Positions 49,394-57,553 of a DNA stretch of 64,000 nucleotides are shown here, in pieces. The DNA lies in contig JBJEGC010000007.1 in NCBI GenBank assembly GCA_051874695.1, forward strand, positions 231,465-295,464, given 5' to 3'. The notes below the pieces were generated by a model that worked only from the letters and a program-made list of their open reading frames with translations, did no database searches and had not been told where the DNA came from. The position numbers were made by a program, and so were the translations under genes. Numbering within the stretch: position 1 is the stretch's first letter; the number at the start of each line of letters is the position of its first letter. The DNA comes from Candidatus Bruticola sp. (lineage in GTDB: Bacteria; Vulcanimicrobiota; Xenobia; Xenobiales; Xenobiaceae).

Positions 49394-51774
49394 TCAGAAG
49401 TTGTTGTACATTGAACACATAAGCTTACGCCTGGCATTGGAAGCCATAAAAGCGTTCATATAATCGGCATCTAAAGTTAATCCTATAGTGTTGGCTTTAA
49501 TCTTTATATTGCCGCGATCGCTGTTCCCTTCAGGGCCTCCCTTACTCGGATCTTGACCGTAGGCCACCATGGCCCCGTTTACATTCAGAGTGCTATTTTC
49601 GCCTATATCGACGTTTATATTGCGCCAAGCGTAGATCATGCCGGATATATCCTGATCCGAATAGCGCAGCTGGCCGTAACGCTTGAGGAGGCTGTTCAGC
49701 TGCTGCTGTTTGTAATCGCGGAAGTTTTCACTGACCACCTTATCGTCGACAAATTTTTTGGCTTTTTTGGCTTCCAAGTTATTGTCGATAGTAATTTGGT
49801 TAGCGGGATTTTCATCACCGTATCCTGCTTGGTAGCAGGTTATCCAGTTGCTTGAATTACAGTAATGAGTGACAGCTAAGTTAACTTCGTTATCTGCTAT
49901 GGCAGCTTCAATAGCGCTGTTTATTTTGGCTTTCTTGCCCTCAGTATCGCCTAAAATGTCTTCCGAATCGGGATCAGGAATATCTAATAAAGTGGTTCCT
50001 TCTGGGGGATCGATGCGCGCAGCATAGTTCTGGTATAAGTAGTGCTCCAAGCAGGCCTCGACTTCGCTGTCGGCTATGTCGTCACAGTTTGACCCTGAGT
50101 GCAACTTATTCCTTAAATAGGAAACTGCTCCGTTAAAAGTGTCGTTGTCGGAATCGTAAGTGAAATAAGAATTGGCTGCATTGGCCGTGAAGTCTATGTT
50201 TTTATTTTGTTCCTGTACGGCCTGAGTGGCACTGTCAATGGGAAGAAAATTGACATCTTCTTTAGCATAGACGGAAACGCCCAGTCCGGGATCCGATTCT
50301 AAAATGCTGGGACCTTGCAAAGAGACGCTGCGCTCTGAAGTAATGGATCCGCTGCCTAAAGTAGCCCCTTGAATGGAAACGTTGCCGTTGGCACTGAGAA
50401 TGGGATCGTTGTCGGTGGGGGAGTTTTTAATGAAGGCCACTACCGGACGGGTAATTTCGCTGCAGCTGTCATCGTATCTAATTTCGATGGGGCCGTTTAC
50501 CTTTATGTTGTTGCTGATAATGATGGTCGCATTAGAGGTATCAATGGTGAAACCGTCGCTGCTGCTGACCGGATGGGCAACATTGTTTTGCTTTTTGAAT
50601 CTCGAGCGTTTTCCTCTTTTCTTTTTTACTTCGGCGTTAGGGTCGCTGTCATAACGAGAGAGGGTGTAGCCGCTGTTTTCGCCGCTGTTCTTTTTCCAAA
50701 CGTAAATACCGCCTTCACGAGTTTCGTAATTTTTGCTGGTATCCGCTTTAGTTACGTCGTCCCATTTAATTCGAGCAATGTCGTCTTTGTATTCATCTGA
50801 AGATTTTATAATGCTGAAATTGGAGCCAGTAACTTGTCCAAATTTGGCTTCTTTGTCATTTAGTTTTACTTTGCCGCCGGAAACGGCCTCGCCGTTGTCA
50901 AAAACTATGTTGCTATAGTTAAGATCCATGTCGCGCAGACTGTGGATGCGGGGAGCAGAAGTACTTTGAGCGCTTTTTATGTTGATATTTTCGGCGCTGG
51001 CTTTAAGATAACCGCCTGCTCCGAGTACGGAGTTGGTGTAAGAATAGTTTGGATCGAAAGTAAAATAAACTTCCATGACATTGCGGCAGACACCACTGCT
51101 GAAACCTGCCGAGCAGTCTAAAGCGTTCTGTATACCGATCATGTTTTTCAGGGAAAGATCGCGCACTCCGTTGCCGGAAAAGCCTTCTCCACAATAAGGC
51201 GGCAGGTTGACTTGGGAAGTTCAAAGCCGACGGTGCCGTCAGTTACCTTATGGCTAGTTTTACCGTATTCATCTTGATAAGTTTTGGTTTTAAGTATGCC
51301 GTCGGAGTCGGCCTCGTATACGTTGCGCACGGCGCTGCTGTATAGATTGTTTACTGATACGTAGGGAGATTTTATCAGGTAATTTTTATCGGAAGTATTG
51401 TTCATATTATCGAAGCCATTTTCGCCGTCTTCATAATTGAATTTAATGCGGAAAAATGACCGACGTCCGTTTTGAGTAGTGAGCATGCCCCAAACATTGC
51501 CGTCTTTTTCGGTAACTTCCAATCCCACATTGGAATTATACAATTTGCTGTTAGGATCGCATCCTTGCCAAGTGATATTATCCTGCAGTTTGGTAAGAGC
51601 GTAATCGACTCCGGACTGTGCTGCCATGAGAGCTTCTTCTCTGGCGTAGAAATTAGAAGTGAGACACATACCGCCGAAGTTGGAATAAACGACTGAGCTG
51701 AGCAACATAAGTATTAAAACTATGGTCAGCATAGTTGTTATCAGTACGATTCCCTGCTTGCGCTTGGTGAGCAT
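49394..51774 (-). pseudogene. PilX-N-domain paralog 2 of 6, interrupted by a frameshift (track ORFs 51148-51774 and 49394-51166)
   Basis: The two overlapping ORFs together recapitulate the full family architecture (208 aa + 590 aa). Removing 2 nt from GTGGAGAAGGC at about 51183-51190 restores the family-consensus CRLIVEGFSGNGVRDLSLKNM. Confidence 0.75.
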
Positions 51775-52027
51775 GCAGTCTTTACCTCCGTTTGTTTTGT
51801 GGTTTTGCTGAATTGTATTTATTTTTTTGCCGTGAACTATCTGCGATAAGCAAAAATGGATGGGCTTCAGTTTACATTAATAAAACTCATTCTTTGATTA
51901 AACGATTTTATTGTTGAATATTCAAGTATTAAAATATTAAATGTTTGTGCTAATTTGGCTAGGCCTATTTAATTTTGCTGTAAATACGGCCATAATTTTT
52001 TTTGTTGGGATTATTTTTTCTTGGAAT

Positions 52028-52064
52028 AAAAAAAGCCCCAGCTTCACAAAAAAGTCCGGGGCTG
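52028..52064 (-). terminator. Intrinsic terminator downstream of paralog 3
   Basis: The minus strand reads AGCCCC..(loop)..GGGGCT followed by TTTTTTT. Confidence 0.55.
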
Positions 52065-52084
52065 ATCGTTAGGAAGCTTTATTT

Positions 52085-54586
52085 TTAGAAGCTGGAGAAC
52101 ATAATTTGTTTCAGTTTTCTCCTGGCGTTTGTCGATATAAAAGCTCCCATGTAGTCGGGATCGAGAGTCATACCTACAGCTTTAGCATCTATTTTAATTT
52201 GGCCGCCTTCGCCGTTTCCGGGAGTGCTGTTGTTCGGATTACCTCCGTAAGCAACCATGGCGCCCGTCAAGTTGAGATTGCTGTTGGCACCAATATTTAT
52301 GTTAATATTGCGCCAGGCGTAAATGACTCCGGAAATATCCTGGTCGGAATACTTCACTTCTCCGTAGCGGATCATCAGCTCGTTAAGCTGGCTTTGCTTA
52401 TTTTCGCGGAAGTTTTGACTGACCAGGCTCTGATCGACATAGGTCATCACATTGCTCATGTTGCTGGGACTGAAATCGACGGCAGAATTACTGCTGGAAA
52501 TTGAAGGTCTATTAGTCCAATTTCCTCGGCCATTGTTGTTGCTGCTCCAGTTGTTCCTGTCTTTTAGATAATTTATTAGGTCTTGGGCTTTTTCCTTAAA
52601 CTCTTGGCGCTTCTGATTTATATCCCTCATTTTAGACTCAGATATAGCCCCAAAGTCGTTTATCTGCGTTAGACCGGACAACATTGTTCCACCTTTTGTG
52701 GTATCCAAATCGTCGAAATCGAATGCGGACTCAAACGCCTTGTTAAAAACATCGGAAAACTTTTCTTTTTCCCAGCCTTTGGGTCCTTTGCCTGAGGAGA
52801 AGTTCATAGTGGCACCCTGATCGTACCAAAATTCGTAAAATTCATTGAAGTAAGTGTCAATTAATCTATCGTCATAAAAAGGTGTATAATTACTAAAACC
52901 ATTCTCGCGGAAAGCCGAGGCGTAGCTTGACATGAGTGTCTTATAAGCATTTTTGGCGTCATTGAATTTGTTTTGGGCAGCTCCGGCGTCTTCCAGTTTG
53001 ACATCGTAATTTTTGTTGTTGCCGGGTTGGGCACTCATAGTGGGGTCGCTTTCAGCCAGTTGGGACGTCTCAAGCTCGGCTTTCTTTACGGTTTCGGTTA
53101 CATCTTCGATGGGCAGTAGGTTGACGTCGCCCTTGGCGTATACCGAAACGCCGACTCCGGGATCCGACTCTAAAATACTCGGCCCCTGTAGGGAAATGTT
53201 GCCGGCCGAAATTATGGAGCCGCCTCCTAAAGTGGCGCCTTCAATGAAAATGTTGTTATCAGAAGTTATAAGCGGGTAGTTGCCAGAGTCGTCTTCCAGG
53301 AAAGCCACGATGGGGCGAGAAGCTCCGCTTTCTTTGTCGTAGCGGACAATAAAAGACGAGGTTTCACCGTTGGAAGCAACAGACAGATTTCCAGAAATTT
53401 TCATGGTTTGGGAATCAAAGTCAATCTCTACGCCGGGTAGTTCCTTAGCTGTTACTTTAGTTTTGGCCGTATCTGCTGGAATAGTGGTACCCGGGGGGAA
53501 GTTTCCGTCGTAGCGGAACAAGATATTCGCTTTACCGCTTTGGTCACTGGGATCTTTCTCCCAGCAGTAAGTGCCGGCCGCAACCTTGTTGAAGGTTTTT
53601 CCCTTGCATTTATCTTGTATCGATTCCCAGGTAATTTGAGCGAAGTTGCTGCTGTCTCTGCTGGTAGAAACAGTGTAATTCGATTTAGCGGGATTGGATA
53701 CTTTAATAGTGCTGCTTTTAGCTGAGACAATCTCTCCGTCGGACATATCGAGCAGACCGGTATCAATGGTAGCACTGTTCAGAGTGCGCATTTTAGGAGA
53801 AGTACTGCCTTTGGCGTTGCTGGCTCTGATTAGGTCGGCAGTTATAGTCAGATCACCGGCAGCACTGGCTACTGAGTCGGTGAATTGTTCTTCTGAGTCC
53901 AGAGTTAAGTAAGCTTCAGAGCGAATGGACGTCTGTCCGGAAAACTCGGAGTAGCGTAAGCTGGCTACATCTTTTAAATCTAAATCGCGTAGGGAATTGC
54001 CTGCAAAACCTTCCGCTATTAAGTAGCAGCTGCCTTTGCCTATACGGAAACCGAGTGATCCGACGGCTTCTGTATGCTTGATGCCGCAAGAATCGCTGAC
54101 TTCTTGAAGCGTGGTGGTGCCGTCAGCAGAAGCTGTATAAACTTTGGTAGGAGTACTGTTGAATAAGTTGTTTACCGAAACATAGGGAGAAGCGATTAGC
54201 TCGGAAGATCCGCTGTTATTGAGACCGTCCAGACCATTGGCGCCGTCTTCATAATTGAATTTTAGGCGGAAGAAGGACCGGTTGCCGTTGGCTGTAGTTA
54301 TACAGCCGAGCACGTTGCCGTTTTTTTCAATAACTTCTAAGCCTTTGCTTGTTTCTGAAACAGTTTTGTAATCGGCAGCTCGCCAGGTAATATCGTCTTG
54401 TAGCCTGGTAATGGCGTACTGTATGCCTGATTGAGCCGCCATAAGAGCCTCTTCTCGTCCATAGAAGTTAGAGGCCAGGCGCATACCGCCCAAGTTAGAA
54501 TATACAACTGAACTGAGCAGCATAATTATCAATACAACTGTTAGCATTGTAGTTATTAAAACAATGCCGCGCTTGTCTTTCAGCAT
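52085..54586 (-). CDS. Large PilX-N-domain surface protein, paralog 3 of 6
   Basis: 833 aa from ATG 54586 (MLKDKRG), 9 nt after GGAGG. The track start at 54595 is a TTG lying against the RBS. Same N-terminal anchor and scaffold blocks as the other copies, with a unique central cassette at about 52490-53080. Confidence 0.75.
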   Translation of the reverse strand: MLKDKRGIVLITTMLTVVLIIMLLSSVVYSNLGGMRLASNFYGREEALMAAQSGIQYAITRLQDDITWRAADYKTVSETSKGLEVIEKNGNVLGCITTANGNRSFFRLKFNYEDGANGLDGLNNSGSSELIASPYVSVNNLFNSTPTKVYTASADGTTTLQEVSDSCGIKHTEAVGSLGFRIGKGSCYLIAEGFAGNSLRDLDLKDVASLRYSEFSGQTSIRSEAYLTLDSEEQFTDSVASAAGDLTITADLIRASNAKGSTSPKMRTLNSATIDTGLLDMSDGEIVSAKSSTIKVSNPAKSNYTVSTSRDSSNFAQITWESIQDKCKGKTFNKVAAGTYCWEKDPSDQSGKANILFRYDGNFPPGTTIPADTAKTKVTAKELPGVEIDFDSQTMKISGNLSVASNGETSSFIVRYDKESGASRPIVAFLEDDSGNYPLITSDNNIFIEGATLGGGSIISAGNISLQGPSILESDPGVGVSVYAKGDVNLLPIEDVTETVKKAELETSQLAESDPTMSAQPGNNKNYDVKLEDAGAAQNKFNDAKNAYKTLMSSYASAFRENGFSNYTPFYDDRLIDTYFNEFYEFWYDQGATMNFSSGKGPKGWEKEKFSDVFNKAFESAFDFDDLDTTKGGTMLSGLTQINDFGAISESKMRDINQKRQEFKEKAQDLINYLKDRNNWSSNNNGRGNWTNRPSISSSNSAVDFSPSNMSNVMTYVDQSLVSQNFRENKQSQLNELMIRYGEVKYSDQDISGVIYAWRNININIGANSNLNLTGAMVAYGGNPNNSTPGNGEGGQIKIDAKAVGMTLDPDYMGAFISTNARRKLKQIMFSSF

Positions 54587-54727
54587 GTATACCAACCTCC
54601 TTTGCCTAAATTAAATGTCAATTGAGAAAATATGCGGTAACTTTTCTCAGAACTGTCTCATTTTTTATCATGTCTGATGCTTTTCTTTGAGATAAGCGCC
54701 ACTTTCTGCGTGCTATTGTACAAACAA

Positions 54728-54770
54728 AGCCCGCTTCCTTTAGCAAATCTTTACTAAAAGAGTGCGGGCT
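54728..54770 (-). terminator. Terminator-like hairpin downstream of paralog 4 (conserved intergenic module)
   Basis: AGCCCGC (54728-54734) pairs with GCGGGCT (54764-54770). The minus strand continues TTGTTTG. Homologous hairpins occur at 57441-57482 and 60141-60180. Confidence 0.5.
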
Positions 54771-54826
54771 CTGCGTATTTTTCGTTTTTTTTGACTACTG
54801 CCAAGAGGCGTAGCTCAAAAGAGCGG

Positions 54827-57304
54827 TTAGAAGCTGGAGAACATAATCTGCTTAAGTTTTCTCCTGGCATTTGTTGATATAAAGGCTCCCATGTAATCGG
54901 GGTCTAGAGTCATGCCCACAGCTTTGGCATCTATCTTAATTTGGCCGCCTTCGCCGTTGCCGGGAGTACTGCTGTTAGGATTGCCTCCGTAGGCGACCAT
55001 AGAACCCGTTAAATTGAGAGTGCTGTTGGAGCCAATATTAACGTTAATGTTGCGCCAAGCGTAAATAACTCCGGAAATATCTTGGTCAGAGTATTTCACT
55101 TCTCCATAGCGGGCCATCAATTCGTTAAGTTGGTTCCCTTTGTTTTCGCGGAAGTTCTGACTGGCTAGATTATGGTCGACATAATTTTGCACATTGTTCA
55201 TGTCGCTGGGAGTGAATTCAGCGCTGGGAGTAGTTTCAGTAGGAGAAGAAGGAGTAGCATTGCCATTATCTACAACTTCCCAGTGATCGAATGCGAGTAG
55301 ATATCGCATAGCTTCCCTGGCTTCTTCGTAAAACTCTTCGCGGGCTTCTTTAAGATCCTCTATTTGATCTTTACTGCAATTATTGTAGCGTCCGAAATTA
55401 CTCACATCGAGATAAGGGGAGTCTTCGGAGTTGTTTCTTACGTTTACTTGTATCATTTGTAAATCGAAGGCCATAGGACCGCTATATTGCTGAGGAGTCC
55501 ATGCGGGAAGCATTTGCTTGCGCTCAAAGTAATTAGTAGCAGCTTGGGAGTGCCAATAGGAATAGAAACTAGCAAAACTGGCAAGATTTCTCTCTTCATC
55601 GCTATAGATGTTACTTATCTTTTTATAGGCCTTCATGAGGTCTTTATAGGCATCTAGTGCCTCTTCGTACTTTTTCTGGTATTTTTTTTCATTTTCAAGT
55701 ACAGCAACTTTACCTGTGTTTGCTTGGCCTTCTTCTTTAGTTGGCTTTGAGTTTATGGTGGAATCAACTTCTGACTGTTGAAATTTCTCCGGCTCAGCCT
55801 TTTTTACTGTTTCGGTTGCGTCTTCAATGGGCAACAGGTTGACGTCGCCTTTAGCGTATACCGAAACGCCAACTCCAGGATCAGATTCTAAAATGCTCGG
55901 CCCCTGCAGGGATATATCGCCGGCTGAAATTATGGAGCCGCCTCCCAAGGTGGCGCCTTCAATGAAAATGTTGTTGTCGGAAGTTATAATTGGGTAGTCG
56001 CCGGAGCTATTTTGCAAAAAGGCCACTATAGGGCGAGAAGCTCCACCTTCCTTGTCGTAGCGGATAATAAAAGATGAGGTCTCCCCATTGGAAGCAATGG
56101 AACAATTTCCGGAAATTTTCATGGTCTGGGAAGTAAAATCGATTTCGATGCCAGGCAATCCGTTGGCCGTTACTTTAGTTTTGGCCGTATCTGTTGGAAT
56201 AGGGGTGCCCGGAGGGAAGTTGCCTTCATAACGGACTAATATGTTAGTTTTGCCACTTTTGTCATCGGGATCTTTTTCCCAGCAGTAAGTGCCAGCTGTA
56301 ACCTTATTGAAGCTTTTGCCCTTGCATTTGTCTTGTACCGATTCCCAGGTAATTTGAGCAAAGTTGCTGCTGTCTTTGCTGGTAGAAACGGTATAGTTCG
56401 ACTGTTGGGGATTGGAAACTTTAATGTCGCTGCTATTAGCTGAGACGATCTCTCCATCGGACATATCGAGCAGAGCCGTATTGATGGTAGCACTGTCCAA
56501 AGTGCGCATTTTAGGGGAAGTGCTGCCTTTGGCATTGCTGGCTTTAATTATGTTGGCATTTATAATTAGATTGCCAGCGGCACTGGCTACAGAGTCGGTA
56601 AATTGTTCTTCTGAGTCCAGAGTTAAGTAAGCTTCAGAGCGAATGGAAGTCTGGCCGGACAATTCGGAGCTACGTAAGCCGGCTAAGTCTTCTAAAGCTA
56701 AATCGCGCAGAGAATTGCCAGCAAAACCTTCTGCTATTAAGTAGCAGCTGGCTTTACCTACGCTAAAACTGGAAACGCTGTCGGCCTCCGTGTGCTTGGT
56801 TCCGTAAGAATCGGTAACTTCTTTAAGTTTTGTAGTACCATCAGCAGAAGCCATGTAAACTTTGGCTGGAGTACTGTTGAACAAGTTGTTTACTGAAACG
56901 TAGGGAGAAGCGATTAGTTCGGAGGAGCTGCTGTCATTAAGACCGTCCAAACCACCGGCTCCATCTTCATAGTTGAACTTCAGGCGGAAGAAGGACTTGT
57001 TGCCGTTGGTGGTAGTTATACAGCCTAGCACGTTGCCGTTTTTTTCAATAACTTGCAAACCTTTGTTTGTTTCTGAAATAGTTTTACTGTCGGCAGCCCG
57101 CCAGGTAATATCATCTTGTAGTCTGGTAATGGCGTAATGTAGGCCCGATTGAGCCGCCATAAGGGCCTCTTCTCTTCCGTAAAAGTTAGAGGCCAGGCGC
57201 ATGCCGCCTAAGTTAGAGTATACAACCGAACTGAGCAGCATAGTTACCAATACAACTGTTAGCATTGTAGTTATTAAAACAATACCACGCTTGTTTTTCA
57301 GCAT
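54827..57304 (-). CDS. Large PilX-N-domain surface protein, paralog 4 of 6
   Basis: 825 aa from ATG 57304 (MLKNKRG), 9 nt after GGAGG. The track start at 57340 adds 12 non-homologous residues. The flanks are closely similar to paralog 3, with a unique cassette at about 55235-55798. Confidence 0.75.
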   Translation of the reverse strand: MLKNKRGIVLITTMLTVVLVTMLLSSVVYSNLGGMRLASNFYGREEALMAAQSGLHYAITRLQDDITWRAADSKTISETNKGLQVIEKNGNVLGCITTTNGNKSFFRLKFNYEDGAGGLDGLNDSSSSELIASPYVSVNNLFNSTPAKVYMASADGTTKLKEVTDSYGTKHTEADSVSSFSVGKASCYLIAEGFAGNSLRDLALEDLAGLRSSELSGQTSIRSEAYLTLDSEEQFTDSVASAAGNLIINANIIKASNAKGSTSPKMRTLDSATINTALLDMSDGEIVSANSSDIKVSNPQQSNYTVSTSKDSSNFAQITWESVQDKCKGKSFNKVTAGTYCWEKDPDDKSGKTNILVRYEGNFPPGTPIPTDTAKTKVTANGLPGIEIDFTSQTMKISGNCSIASNGETSSFIIRYDKEGGASRPIVAFLQNSSGDYPIITSDNNIFIEGATLGGGSIISAGDISLQGPSILESDPGVGVSVYAKGDVNLLPIEDATETVKKAEPEKFQQSEVDSTINSKPTKEEGQANTGKVAVLENEKKYQKKYEEALDAYKDLMKAYKKISNIYSDEERNLASFASFYSYWHSQAATNYFERKQMLPAWTPQQYSGPMAFDLQMIQVNVRNNSEDSPYLDVSNFGRYNNCSKDQIEDLKEAREEFYEEAREAMRYLLAFDHWEVVDNGNATPSSPTETTPSAEFTPSDMNNVQNYVDHNLASQNFRENKGNQLNELMARYGEVKYSDQDISGVIYAWRNINVNIGSNSTLNLTGSMVAYGGNPNSSTPGNGEGGQIKIDAKAVGMTLDPDYMGAFISTNARRKLKQIMFSSF

Positions 57305-57440
57305 GTATACTAACCTCCTTTGCAAAAAATTTAATATCAATTGAGAGAACTTTTGGCAGATTTTTTGTATTATTTGCCTCTGTTTATCTCTCAGCCGTTA
57401 TCTAACACAGAGTTTCTTTCTCTAGTTATTTCGCAAACAA

Positions 57441-57482
57441 AGCCCGCGTCCTTTATTTAAGTTTAATAAAGAAACGCGGGCT
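57441..57482 (-). terminator. Terminator-like hairpin downstream of paralog 5
   Basis: AGCCCGCGTCCTTTATT..AATAAAGAAACGCGGGCT forms a long imperfect stem. Confidence 0.55.
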
Positions 57483-57553
57483 TTGCAGTATTTTTATACT
57501 GTTAATTTAAGCTCAGGCGGAGTCGCTAAGAAGCACGCCGACTAAGAAGTAGT

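Noticed and set aside
54587-54595. Track N-terminal extensions of paralogs 3, 4 and 5 (MVY-, MILNFLQRRLVY-, MY-).
   Set aside because: The extensions start at TTG or GTG codons lying on or against the GGAGG box and are not conserved between copies. The conserved MLK(N/D)KRG ATG sits 9 nt after the RBS in all three.
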